A DNA stretch of 64,000 nucleotides from contig NW_024704742.1 in NCBI RefSeq assembly GCF_018977255.1, positions 79,424,001-79,488,000 of the forward strand, written 5' to 3'. The position numbers were made by a program, and so were the translations under genes. The notes under the pieces are model-generated. The model was not told the origin of the DNA, did not search any database, and was given only the letters and a program-made list of their open reading frames with translations. Positions 1 through 12,270 of this stretch are shown here, piece after piece (positions within the stretch are counted from its first letter, which is position 1; the number at the start of each line of letters is the position of its first letter). This DNA comes from Callorhinchus milii. Taxonomy: Eukaryota.

Positions 1-100
1 CAGGACTGCAAAAACAGGATTTTTTCCCGTTTTTGCAATAAAATGTGGGGATCTCCACATGACTCCAGCCTCCAGCCCACTGCCATTTTACTATAATTAC

Positions 101-645
101 ATGGGATACTTGGCTTTATAAATAGGGGCATAGAATACAAAAGTCATGAAGCTATGATGAACCTTTATAAAACACTGGTTAAGCGTCAGCTCGATTATTG
201 TGTTCAGTTCTGGACACCACACTTTAGGAAGGATGTCAAGGCACTGGAGAGGGTGCAAAGGAGATTTACCAGGATGATACCAGGAATAAGGGACTTCAGT
301 TATCAGGAAAGGCTAGAGAAGCTAGGATTAGTCCCCTTGGAGCAGAGCAGGTTAAGAGGAGACTCAATAGAAGTTTTTAAAATTATGAGGGTATTTGACA
401 GGGTGAACAAGGAGAAACTGTTTCCACTGGCGAGTGGGTCGATAACCCGAGGTCACTGCTTTATAAAGTTGAAACAGAGGTGAGATGAGGAAAAAATTTT
501 CATACAGAGAGTTGTTCGGATCTGGAATGCATTGCCTGAAAGGGTGGTGGAAGTTGATTTGATAATAACTTTTTAAGACAGTAGATAATTATTTGGGGAG
601 GACAAGTCTGCAGGGCTATGGGGAGAGAGTGGTTCTATGATGTTC
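101..645 (+). mobile_element. CR1 LINE 3' fragment (ORF2 C-terminus + 3' end), 5'-truncated
   Basis: ORF 154-483 LYKTLVKRQLDYCVQFWTPHFRKDVKALERVQRRFTRMIPG...RLRGDSIEVFKIM...TRGH is the typical CR1 ORF2 C-terminus; continues frameshifted as FFIQRVVRIWNALP. Confidence 0.93.
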
Positions 646-1685
646 AAAGCTTTCCATATTCTAAATTACAGTCTACATGAAAAAATTACTTTCCTCTTAA
701 CTTTTTGTGTTATATTCTTAAAGCTATGCCCCTTCGTTACCAAATCAGCAGAAATTGATTTTCACTATTTTGCCTTTGAAAAACATTGAATTTTGAGGAC
801 CTCTATCAGGTCCTTCTCTAAATATGTTAACCTTCTCTGAAAACATTCCCTATTTACCCTATTCTCAAAACTATTTTCACAACTAAAATCCTTTACTTTT
901 GGAATCACCAGCGTGAATCTACATGGTAACCTTTCTATAGCTCTGATGTTCCTTCTTCAGAGAACACAGTAACTACAACTGTGCCTTGTAACATCTGTAA
1001 CATCACCTTCTTACTCTTATATTTTGTATCTCTAGTAATAAACCCCAATCCTTTTACCTTTTCTACTGGCACTCCCACCTTTCAAGATCCATGTATCTTC
1101 TGTCGCAGATCATTGCTCTTCAATATCGTAAATAACTTCATCACTTGGGGTAAACTGCATCTAACACTCATTTGCCTGTTGAATTTATACCCCTTTTCAT
1201 TTCAGTAAATATTTAACATATGTGGAAAATATTAAAGATCCCAGAATAGATTCCTATTAGTCACATCATTAAACACATTCAGCCAAACCAAGAAACATCT
1301 GCTTACTGTTTATCTGTCTTCTAGCTTTCATCTATCTGCTTATCTATGCCACCAATTTACCTTTAATATCATGTGTCTTAAATTCCTCAACCAGACCTTG
1401 CTAGGTCCTCTTATCTCATAAATAGCTTCCGAAAATCCATATACACATTTATCAAATGCATTTCTCCACTTTCTGATTTCCTCTAAACTTCGGATAAATA
1501 ACACACTTTTACCTTCTTCTGTAAAAACAGATGCAAAGGACCTCTTAAGCATTTTAATCATTCTTGCGTTGTCCACTACCATAATACCAAACCTTCAGTT
1601 CAAATTAGTTCCATTATTATTTGTAAATACCTTCTTATTTTCATTGATCTTATTAAGCCTTTGTTAGTACTCTTTACGTTGTCTA

Positions 1686-2252
1686 TTCATAACATCGAGT
1701 CTTGACTATGCAAACTCATTGCTTGTTGGCCTCCCCAACTCCTCCCTCCTGCAAATCATCCAGAATTCTGCGGCCTGTGTCCTCTCCTGCATGAGACTCT
1801 GTGACCCTATCACCCCCATCCTCGCCCAACTCCACTGCCTTCCCATCACACGGAGGATACAGTTCAAGATCCTGGTGCTTCAAAGCCGTCCATAGCCTTG
1901 GTCCTCCCTAGCTCTGCGACCTCCTAACCCCTACCATCCTGCCCGCTCCCTCCGCTCAGCGGGCTCCAGCATGCTTCAAGTCCCCCTCCTTGACCACCCC
2001 ACCATTAGCGGGCGGGCCTTCTGCCACTCTGCCCCCACCCTCTGGAACTCCATCCCACAGTTCCTCCACCTCACCCCCTCCCGTGCCTCTTTCAAGAACC
2101 ATCTCAAGACCCTCCTCTTCAACCAGCTTCCCCCCATGCCCTCCACCCCCCAAATCCTGACCCCCAGCTCGGGTCCCAAACCCTGACTGTCCAGCGCATG
2201 TCCTCCCGATGTGAAAGGTGCTATATAAATATCATTTTGTTGTTGTTGTTGT
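1686..2252 (+). mobile_element. L2 LINE 3' fragment with (TTG)n tail, inserted in the old CR1
   Basis: ITSSLDYANSLL..., ORF 1971-2186 GRAFCHSAPTLWNSIP...FKNHLKTLLF; ends gtgaaaggtgctatataaat...(gtt)n. Confidence 0.92.
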
Positions 2253-2565
2253 CTATCAATCGTTCATTCATTCTACCTTGTGGCCTTCCTTAGCTCCCTT
2301 TCCGCTTTCCACTAAAACTCTCTCTTTCTAATATTATCAAATTTATATTCATTGTATGTTTTTTTAAACCTCAGATTCGTTCTGATCTTCCTATTCAACC
2401 GTGTGACCCCTGATGTCCCTTTTTTGTGCTAGTTAGAATATATTTCATGTGTACACTGGCCATCTTATAGTTGAACATCTCTTTATTTGCTAATTTCTCA
2501 TGCAAATTCATAGTCTCCCTTCATCCAATTCAAATTTGCTTTCTTCTGGTTCAACCCCTTTATTA

Positions 2566-2826
2566 TTAGAACCATTATACCATAGAATTTCACAGCACAG
2601 AAGAAGGTCATTCATCCCATTGTGATTGCACAGCCTCTTTGAATGATCAACCCATTCACTCCCTTTTAACTGCTTTTTCCCTTGCCTTTTAAGATATCTA
2701 TCTACTTCCCTCTTAAAAGCTAATATGGATTCTACCTCAGCCTCTGCACCAAGCAGTGCGTTTCACATTATAACAACTCTGTGTAAAATAATTCCCCCTA
2801 ATCTCCTTTTGATAATTACCTTGAAT
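2566..2826 (-). mobile_element. CR1 3' end fragment
   Basis: catagaatttcacagcacagaagaaggtcattc is the reverse complement of the CR1 3' terminus also seen at 40798 and 57234. Confidence 0.7.
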
Positions 2827-3689
2827 TGAATCTCCTTTTTCGTAGCTATCTCACTACGAACCTAATTAAGTTCACTTTGTTCTTCCTTACCGCCACTTAT
2901 GTGCCCTTGTCCATTCCCAGAACAAGATATACCACTATATCCTTTCTTGCCAGACTTGTGATATATTGATTAAGAAAACAGATCCAAATGTATTCTAAAA
3001 ACCCTGCTCAATATTTACCACAGAAATATCGGTTCTAATAACTGAAGGACCATTTTTTGATCAGTCAAGGTCCTAGGGCCTAGGGCTTAATTGTTATAAG
3101 TTAATTTTGACCCTCGGTAGATCAATGTTGGGAAACTAATATAATGCGAGAAGTGATCTGTTAAAGTGATTAGAAGTGGAAAAGGTCATTTAGATTCCCA
3201 TTCTGAAATCACTATTAGATTTGGACTGAGGAGAGCCCTGTGTAACTAAACAAATGGGTGGAGATTGCTTACCATTCCATCTTATTTAAAATGTTGCTAA
3301 GAATTAAGGAGTGTGACTGGCTTATTTTTTTTTAAAAAAGTCCTTCAAATCTTTGTAAACTTTTAAGATGCTATTTTGGAGCAGTTTTTGTTTAAAAATG
3401 CAGATTGCTGGAAATTAATTCTGTTAAACAAAAAGTTCCCTGAAATTGTTATTTCAATTTCTTAAATAGAAATTTAAATAGCTCCGGAATGATTCTCTGC
3501 ACATTTGGGCTACTCAATTTATACTGATTTTTTGTGTTGAATCAAACATAATACTTTAAATCTTTATTGTTTCCATCGCTTTTATCCTTTAGATAGTAAT
3601 TCCAAAGCACTTTTTAAAAATTGTTTTTTCATACTGTATTCTTATTTTAACAATAAGTGGAGGATGTTTTCATCAGAAGTACTTGTAGC

Positions 3690-3975
3690 TTAAAATAGCT
3701 ACAGGTCTGACTGATAAACCCAGAACAAAACTTTTGTGTGCACTGAGCCAGCAGAACAAGAGGATATAGCTTTAGAATTGCAAAGGGCAATTTCAGGACA
3801 TGTACCAGAAAAGTATTTCTTTATCCAGAGGGTAATTAACAGTTGCAATAGGTTACTAGGAAAGGTGGTCGAGGCCAGTACTGATACTGTGATAGGAGCA
3901 TGGTTGGATGGGGATTCTGGAAAAATAAGATCAATTGGACTAAAGGGTCTTTTCATCCAAACCATTGTGATTTTA
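3690..3975 (+). mobile_element. Old CR1-subfamily 3' fragment
   Basis: ORF 3736-3987 YFFIQRVINSCNRLLGKVVEA; homologous to 4245-4525 and 11150-11430. Confidence 0.75.
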
Positions 3976-4244
3976 TTTGGGAGTTGAATTGATGCGAATG
4001 GTTGAAAGTACAATTCTTGTTTTCATAATTATGTGGTTACACATTAATTTTAGTTACCTCATAAGGAAAGGAACCTATGATAAGGAAAAGAACCTTCTAA
4101 GATACCTAAATAATTTATACTCCAGCTTTCTATTTAAAGGTTCTATTTAATTATATTTGTTATGTTTGAGCGTCGTTTCTAATCTACTGCATGAATATTG
4201 TGGTGTAACATTTTGAATAGTATTGAAAAGGTAAAACCAGAACA

Positions 4245-4525
4245 GTACTTTAGGATGCACCAAGATATGGAACAAAGATGATGTAGGCTTAGAGTTGCAA
4301 AGGGCAATTTCAGATCAAATACCAAGATGGTTTTATTTACTCAGAGGATAATTAATTACTGGAACAGGTTGCCAGGAAGAGTTGTTGAGGTCCATGACAC
4401 TGGACTCATTTAAAAAGTAGCTTGACGCTGTAATGGGAGGAAGGTAGGATGGGTGTTCTGGAGGGATGAGATCAAATGGGCTGAAGAGCTCTCTTCATCC
4501 AAACCTATTTTGTGATCTTGTGAAC
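4245..4525 (+). mobile_element. Old CR1-subfamily 3' fragment
   Basis: ttagagttgcaaagggcaatttcag...actggaacaggttgccaggaagagttgttgagg...gggctgaagagctctcttcatcc; matches 3760-3960. Confidence 0.75.
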
Positions 4526-4552
4526 CTGATTTCTGCACCATTTGGGAGCAAC

Positions 4553-4700
4553 TCTCTCTCTCTGTGTAACTACTTGTCTGTGCCTGTCTCTGTGATTCTC
4601 TAATTATCTGACTCTCTCTCTCTGACTTTCTCACTCAGACTCTCTATGACTCTGTCTCGCTGTGACAGTCTATTTCCCTCTTTTTCTCAGTCTCTCTGAC
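4553..4700. repeat. CT-rich low-complexity tract (degenerate ctctctgact units)
   Basis: Seen directly in the sequence. Confidence 0.75.
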
Positions 4701-5739
4701 TTGGTCCAGTGGATTTCTTAATACAATGGAGATTCTTTCTAGCAATCTTTACTTTCATTTGAGGAAACCACGTCCAGAATAGATTCAATTTTCAGTTTTA
4801 TTCCCATAGACATAAGTATCTGGATTTCTTGATTAAAAAGGGTAAAATTACTATTTCTCAAATCACAACAACTTATATATTGCATACTTGCACATAGAAT
4901 GCAGTACTCAAACTTACTTCAACAGGTTTGTTTCGCAACATCTTTCGAGCCTCATTCATAGCATGACATGATCTTGTGAACCATAGGGTAAATTATTAAA
5001 GTGGATATTTACGAGGTAACAAAGCATGAAATGCAGTAATTCTTCACAGAGGTAAGTGGGATCTGCTGGGAAAAAAAACCTTGCTTTTCATTAAATTTAA
5101 TTGATAAAGGCTAAATCATTTGCTCCTGCTATTAGATCAAAAGGCTAGTGATATACAAGGAAGCCACTCTTCAGAAGAAGTCATTTCAAAGTGATTTTCC
5201 TCTTAAAAAGAGTAACCTACACTTTCGGAGGAGCAAGACACCCTCCATTAAAAAATGTTTTGACAGGTCAATGGTTAGAAATGTCTTCAAAGTCTTTGTG
5301 TAATAGGTTTGTTGTCAATGTCTTTTGCAGGCATCAGACAAATGGTATCACAGTAGGTTCAGGATATGTTTGGTTTGAGATCGCACAAGATCTGTTAAAA
5401 GAAGATCTGGTAAATAGAAGCTTGTTAATTGGCACTAGTGGGTCAAACGTGTTCATTGAGTAAGAAGGGAAGAAGAAGGGAAGGAGTGATTGACCATGCT
5501 TTGATAAGAATTAGCGATGGATTACACAGAAATTGAAGTGTTACAAGGCAGTAATGTGGGTGGTGTGAGGTACATATATTTACTTTAACTTGTCCTGGTG
5601 ACCAGTGAGCATCAATTGTGAAGCTTGGTGATGTCCACACTGAACAATTAATTGTCATAAAAGTTTATTCAGAAAATAATAATAAAATAATAATAATCTT
5701 TATATTTTGTGTAATGCCTTTCACATCAGGAGGACATCC

Positions 5740-6475
5740 TACATTCAGCCTATCTTGTCTGTGCCGACTGTTTGAAACAGCAATCCAATTAGTTCCATTT
5801 ACATGCCTTTTCCCACAAATAACAAAGGTTTTAGCACTTAAATGCTAAAACACTAAATTGTTCCTGCTTGGGAGGAAGTCCTTGATCATACATTAATGTT
5901 AAAATAAAATCACTTCTTTCTCGATATCTAGATGGCTCCCTTTTGAAAGTTAATATGGTTCCTGCCTCAACTGTTGCACCTTGTATGGCATTCCACATCC
6001 TAACAACTCTTGTGTGTGAAAAATATCCTTTTAATTTCCCTTTTTGACCATTTATAGAATATTGATTTGAGCTAACACATTTGCCTTCAAACACACAGTC
6101 ACTACACAGTACAGTAAAAATCCTGTGAAGCACATTAAGACATTTCAACAAGGGGATAAGTCACTATATTAAATGCAAGGATTTTTTTTTGCTCCCTTGC
6201 TAAGTATCTTGAATTGATGCCCTCCAGTCAGGACTCACCATTTAGTGGAAATAAATTCTCCCTATAAACTCCATCAAAATGCCTCAGAATTTAAAAGATC
6301 TTTATCTGGTCTCCATTAACCTTCTCTGTTCCAGTGAAAATAGGCCAATTCCTCTATTCTCTGCTCATTGTCAAACTGCTTATCCCTGGAATCATCCTTG
6401 TAAATCTCCTCTTCATTTCTCTATGGCCCTGACATCCTTGAGAAAATGCGATGACCAAAACTGGACAAAATGTGA
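5740..6475 (-). mobile_element. Decayed CR1 3' region, interrupted by a SINE tail near 6075-6190
   Basis: Minus ORF 5831-6151 contains FSHTRVVRMWNAIQGATVEAGTILTFKRE; 6190-6475 continues CR1-like. Confidence 0.7.
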
Positions 6476-7789
6476 AAGGCTACATGATTCTGTAACACGT
6501 CCTTGTTATCTAATACATGGTAATACTCTGCAATTATAACTGCAGAATTATTAGTGGGAAATTGGCAGTGGTAACGGATAAGCAAGGCTCATCATTGAAA
6601 AAATTTGTATGTTATGAAGTTGTATGTAATAAAGAAAAATCACAATCTCTCTTTGTGACATTATGAATTTGCTTGGTTGTGAACGGCATTGTAGGACTCT
6701 CCCAGGAGAAAATTGAAGGACAATAAGACCAGCAAAAGCCTGCAAGATTAACATTCAGTTAGGTGGATAAGAGATTGGCAATGACAGCAACATGCTGGAA
6801 GAGTACACAAGAGCAGGGTACTGAAGGAACTGGAGCAATGAAATGCACACACATGGTAGAAAATAGAAGGAACCAGTTGTGGTAGAGCCAGATTTGGAAG
6901 ACCACAGACTTATGGTAGACCCTGCCTCACCCTCTCAATCCCCTGAAGGGAAGCACTGAATGCTCACTGATCTCTAAAAGATGAATGAACAACATCTCTA
7001 CAATATACATTAATCGCCACATCTTCACCGTTCAGTTTCAATCTGCTATCACTCCACATATGATATTCCTCCATCCAGCTCTCAGTTCCAGCAGCATGGA
7101 AACCATCATATCCTTTAAAGTATCTAATTTCAATGCATAGTTGCAATTTACTGCAATATTCAATCCAAGACGTACAGCGTGCGAACAGTGAAACAGGAAG
7201 GATCAAGAAATTGGGATGCATCCTTGAGTGGAAGAAACCCTGGTACCACATTAGGAGAGAGAAAAGCTTTAAAACAAGAGAACAAATCTGAAGAGAGAGA
7301 GAGTTCTCCAGTATAATGTTGCATCATTTAGCTCTCTAGTTATCCTAAAGATTTCCATACCCTTTGGTTCTGAATATTTGCAAAGAGTTTTTAGCAAAGA
7401 GTCAACTGATTGGCAGACACTATTATTCATTTGAAAGAGGAAACAGTGGGACACCTTTAGCAAGCTTTTCATCCAAAGTTGTGGTTCCAGGTTGCACTTG
7501 GTTTACCTGAATTACTAAAGTGAAGAAACTGACCAAAATCATAGAAGATAATATAAAAGGATTCAAACAGAAGGAGGTTAGTTGGGCTGATAGCTCAATT
7601 GAAATAAGCAGAGTGCCATTGTGATGAGACCTATTTGCCATCTAAGATTTTATTATACAGTAACAAGATGTCACTTTATAAAATAAGTATACTAAGACAT
7701 TTTGCGTCTCCTATTATTTTCGTACACCTGATGTTATATTGAAGCTCGGTCACACAGTCCCTACGTCTGGTCAATAGAATTTATCTTTA

Positions 7790-7945
7790 GAACAACAACA
7801 GCAACTTGCATTCATCAGGGTATGAAGGGATTTGTAGATGAGTGTGAGGATCTTGGTTGATCTGTTCTGTGATTGGGAGCCAATGGAGCCTGGCTAGACT
7901 GTTGTGATGGGAGTATGGAGCTCAGAGTGGGTGAGTGTATGGGTG
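7790..7945 (-). mobile_element. Short L2 fragment
   Basis: caacaacagcaacttgcatt tail plus gggagccaatggag (reverse of LHWLP). Confidence 0.55.
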
Positions 7946-9232
7946 TATACCCTGCGCAAAGGGCTGGTTGTTGTCATCTGGAAAGTTTGTTATGAGCGGA
8001 GACATCTTCTCAGTTCTGAATATTTAGATACATTGTAGTTGATGCACTGTTGTCAGTTGCTTGGAATAAGACATTCCTCCCCCCTCCCCCCAACCCAGTA
8101 TTGATCTGGGCTTAGCATTGGTGCCAATATTTACAGTACAGCTGCATCTGAGATTTTTTTCAATGCAAACATATCAATTTGGATGCAGTAGTCGCACCAT
8201 ATGAAAATAATCCTGAAATGCCCAGTTCAGCTGTATGTATACAGCCCTACTAGCTGTACCTAAACAATCTTCCACCTATTAAATGCCTTTCAGGAACATT
8301 TGATTGACTCCATTTATATTCTACGACCGAAATGTACCATCTTTGTATTAAACCCGAGACCAGATGCATGCCTCTTTGATATTGCTCACTGCCAAAAATC
8401 TGATGTGAGATTACCCTGTCGATAGAATTTCTGTGATAGAAATTCCGAGGCTGCAAATGCTTCACCAGCTTGCACCCAAGATAAAAAATGTTCCAATTTC
8501 CTACTCTCTCCCACATTTTTTTCAGCCGAGAATGAGGCTGTAAGTTAGAGAGTAAGTGATGCTTCGCCAATCTATTTTCATGGAGGTAGGTCACTATTTA
8601 TGTTTTACAAAAAGTGAAACGGTGGGCCGCTGCTGAGGTTTTTCAGCACTTTGAAATTTCCTGAGAGCTGCAGAAGAGACTGAAACATCTCACTTGACCT
8701 GAGAATAAAGGCACATTCTTTCAGCCTCAAAGTTATCGATTCACAGCCACACGGGATGTCGTTAGTTTCATACTGCAATAAACTCACATGCCCTTTTCAG
8801 AAATTTAAGCGTGCCGGTTGTGGTTTTTTTTGAGGAAGTGGATATTTTGAACAAGTGGCGGAATGGTTAAGAAAGAATTATGGGTAAGTTGGTAAAGTGC
8901 CAAGTCTTAATTGTTCAATTGCAGCAAACAGCTGACAACCAGGTTCATTAAACAGAATTTCTCTTATCACAATTCTTAATTTAAAAATCCATCAAGAAAT
9001 ACCACATAGTGAACCTAAGCTTTTGTATGGATTACAGATGAACAAATACTGGAATGTATGTTCATCTACAAAAATACACAGTCACTACAGTGAATCCTGT
9101 GAAGCCCTTTGAATCTGAACAGAGAGGTAAGCAACTGCTGCTTAAACTCTGCATCTCCCAACTCGTGGAATCATCGCTCAATGGGAATGGGAATGGGAAT
9201 GGACGTGTGCACGAGTTGCGGACAGGATGATG

Positions 9233-9352
9233 ATAATAAATAATAATAATTCTTGCATTTGATATAGGCCTTAGCACATCTTCTAGGCCTCTTAAAGCGC
9301 TTCACAGAATATACTGTAAAGTGAATTGACTGTATATTTTGTGGGCGAAACG
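9233..9352 (-). mobile_element. Deu-SINE 3' tail fragment
   Basis: (aat)n-tcttgcatttgatatag...aagcgcttcacagaatatactgtaaagtgaattgactgtatattttgtgggcgaaacg. Confidence 0.85.
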
Positions 9353-9359
9353 ACAATGG

Positions 9360-10070
9360 TGGTAATGCTGAGCTGTGTTGCCCACCAGGAAGCTCGTGGG
9401 AGCTCCTGATGCCAACCATCCACCTAGTGAGGGCTCAAACCCGCACTTGTCATATGTCGAATGACCAACTGTTGACTATCCTCCTTGGTGGGAGGTAAAT
9501 GGGATCTCCTTGGAGCTGAAATGGCTCCAAGGTGACATGCCTGGCAACGGAATGCTGACCTCTGTGGCGGTCTTGTTAGTTTGATTCGATTCCTAAGCCA
9601 GGCGGGTCCGCAATATTCTAGGTCACTGCTGATGACAGCACAGCCAGCCTGACTCATCAGCAGGACATGATAGAGCAGAACAGTCATTGGGGCAGAGAAT
9701 CCTCCTGCTCAGCTCCTGTTAACCCGACAAGCCACAGCCAAATAGGTTGTCCTAGCTGGACAGGCAGCGGGAAAGCTTACCAGACAATGATATCAATGGC
9801 AATCTATGTGGGTTTAGCTGGTTAGACTTCAGCAGTACCTCAGCACACACTGTGGGGTCCCTAAGCCTTGGCTCTTGCCAACCTGCACCTAATATTTTCC
9901 AGAATTAGGTAAACAGGAAGCATCCCTCCAGGGAGAGAGAGCGCATTCCAGTCCAACAATCTATCTCTGGAATTTCCATGAGTAGGTGGGATTCATGAAA
10001 ATCTCAGTTTGGCTCGGATACTCTTAAGCATGGAGTTGGATCTCTGCATGTGTCAGACACCCTGCTCACC
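9360..10070 (+). mobile_element. Unclassified interspersed repeat, longest copy in the window
   Basis: 9752-10070 aligns by eye to 54167-54440 and 30845-30992, and in part to 59630-59685 (minus). Confidence 0.7.
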
Positions 10071-10139
10071 AAAAAACATGCAGTTCTCAAGAGTTACAAC
10101 ATTATTTTTATTTGTACAGTTTTAAAGTCAGATTAACGG

Positions 10140-10232
10140 ATCCCGGCGCCGAGCCAAAGGGAGGGGGAGGAAAGTGACCAAAGGCCCGGTCGAAATGAAA
10201 GGTCTTCAGCAGAGACCTGAAAATAGGAAGGG
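10140..10232 (-). mobile_element. L2 3' end fragment
   Basis: gtgaccaaaggcccggtcgaaatgaaaggtcttcag matches 51678-51725 and 54988-55025. Confidence 0.6.
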
Positions 10233-11149
10233 TTATATAAATAATTTTTTATATATTATATATAAATATAAATAAGTTATATAAAAAAAAGACAGTAGGG
10301 AATTACACGGTGTGGTAGAGTTTTCACATACAATGCACTTGGAATGAGACTCCTCAAATAGATTTAGAAAAGTTAAAGGCTAATAGAAAAAGCAACATGC
10401 ACCAACTCCATTCCATAACAGCTGCATTAATATAGTCAACTCGCTCTAGGGCACTGGAGCTTTTAAACGTATTTATGAAACATGAATCATCATCATTCTT
10501 TTGCTTTTTAATCAAGCACGAGAAGCGCTGAAATATAAATGTGATTTCTCTAACAATAAAAAAAAGCAGCTACTGGAAAAGTTAATTGCTAATTCATAAG
10601 ATTAACCCTTTGGCCGCGGATAGTACCAAGGAGAGGCTTGTACATTTTCTGCTCATGCACCAAGACACAGGGGTAAAAATGTATTACGGTAATAAAGCTC
10701 CCCAAATGTCTGGAGTACCACTTCTAATCTAATGTAACATTAACCTGACAAAATTATATTACACACATTAAATAGTTTTAATGTACAACAACAACTTCCA
10801 ATCACTAATTTTGCTCACCTAGTTCTACTATACCCTCTCAATCCCATTCTTTTTCTGTTCCATTTTTATTTGCAATTTTAACCGTTTCTCTCCATTTACC
10901 TCATCCAATTCTGCAATAAGGCAGTTGGTCAATATTCTGTCTTCATCAATTTCATCAACAACAACAAAAAACTAATAGATTTGGTCAATCATCTAATTTT
11001 CTGTCTGTTGCTTGCGTAGATTGGCAACAGTGTTTGCTTATATAAGTGTCTTGACTTCAAAGCAACCCATTGTGTGAACGGTTTTGAGAAGATTGAGTTT
11101 GATAAGAGCCGATTATGGGGAGGGGCAATGTGATATATGCTGTCATCAC

Positions 11150-11430
11150 ATATATTTGTTACATATCATGACAGTAGAACAAGAGGACATAGTTTTAGAG
11201 ATGTAAAGGGCAACTTCAGGACAGTTAGCAGCACATTTTTCTTTATTCAGAGGTTACTTAATGACTACCACAGGTTACCAGAGAAAGTGCTAGAGGCCAG
11301 GACACTGAATTCATTTAAAAAGCAGCTTGATGGGGTGATGGGGGGATTGTAGGTTAGTGTTCTGGAGAGATAAGATTGGATGGGCTGAAGGGCCTGCTTC
11401 ATCCAGACCAATTTTGAGATCTGTATTTGA
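11150..11430 (+). mobile_element. CR1 3' fragment
   Basis: ORF 11137-11352 RTRGHSFR...FFFIQRLLNDYHRLPEKVLEARTLNSFKKQLD. Confidence 0.85.
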
Positions 11431-11444
11431 TGTAATGTCTCAGT

Positions 11445-11566
11445 TTCGCCCACAAAATATACAGTCAATTCACTTTACAGTATATTCTGGGAAGTGCTTT
11501 AAGACATCTCAAAGATGTGATAATGCACTATATCAAATGCAAGGATTATTATTTCTATTATTATTA
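11445..11566 (+). mobile_element. Deu-SINE 3' tail
   Basis: cgcccacaaaatatacagtcaattcactttacag...tatcaaatgcaaggattattat. Confidence 0.85.
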
Positions 11567-12004
11567 ACTTGGTGAATAATGTGGTAAGACCCATACAGGG
11601 AGAAACAGAGGATTTCACCTACATTTGGACAGAGAAATGTCTGATTGTACCTATGCAGGAATACATGTTTTTACTTGGAGGCATCAATGGTAGAATTAAA
11701 GTTAACTAAAGCTCATTTCAAAGATCACTTATGGAGTGATGAGAAAGCTGCACAGTACCCATGTGCTGATCTCCAGAATTGCACTGTTAGGTATGTTATC
11801 TCTCAGACTGTGCAAGATTAATGAGGAGTTAAAGGAAACTCAAAGGCAGCTTACATTCAAATGGAGACATTGTTTTTTTAAAAAAGCAAAGGGTTTAGTT
11901 TTTTATTTAATCAAACATGAACATTCTTGACGCTCTAGCCATGGAGGAGCGGGTTAAGGCTCCAATAATGCAGATTGTTGGGTATTGGTGATATTTTACA
12001 AAAT

Positions 12005-12270
12005 AAACAACAAATTACATTTCACGTTGCAAGGCGGTCCCAAGGCGTTGAACAGTCAGGGAACAGGATCGAGTGTGGGGGAACAGGATTGGGCAGAGGG
12101 AGGGCAGAGGGTGTAGGAGGGCAGCTGAAGGCACGGTTAAAAAGGCGGCAAGAAAGGGAGCAAGGCGAAGTGATTGTGAGATGGAGTTCCAAAGAGTGGG
12201 GAAGAGGGGCTGAAAGCCGGCCCCCGATGGTAGGGCGGGTTGGGCGGGAGACCTGGAGCAGGCGTTTTAG
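12005..12270 (-). mobile_element. L2 3' fragment
   Basis: gagttccaaagagtgggg...ctgaaagccggcccccgatggtaggg; homologous to 22437-22905. Confidence 0.75.

Larger units (their letters stand above)
646..3050 (-). mobile_element. Old, heavily decayed CR1 LINE ORF2 (endonuclease end to RT/3' end), interrupted by later insertions
   Basis: Minus ORF 1340-1582 has FASVFTEE and a decayed VYxDFxKAF-like segment; minus strand ~2900-3000 reads FLEYIWICFLNQYITSLARKDIVVYLVLG, resembling CR1 FLxQYVxxPTRxxAILDLVL. Confidence 0.65.

Noticed and set aside
7..37. Rho-independent terminator
   Set aside because: Eukaryotic context, no upstream gene and no downstream U-tract.
6540..7700. Possible LTR-retroelement internal remnant (purine-rich unique stretch)
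   Set aside because: No gag/pol/env motif, LTR pair, PBS or PPT could be identified by eye.
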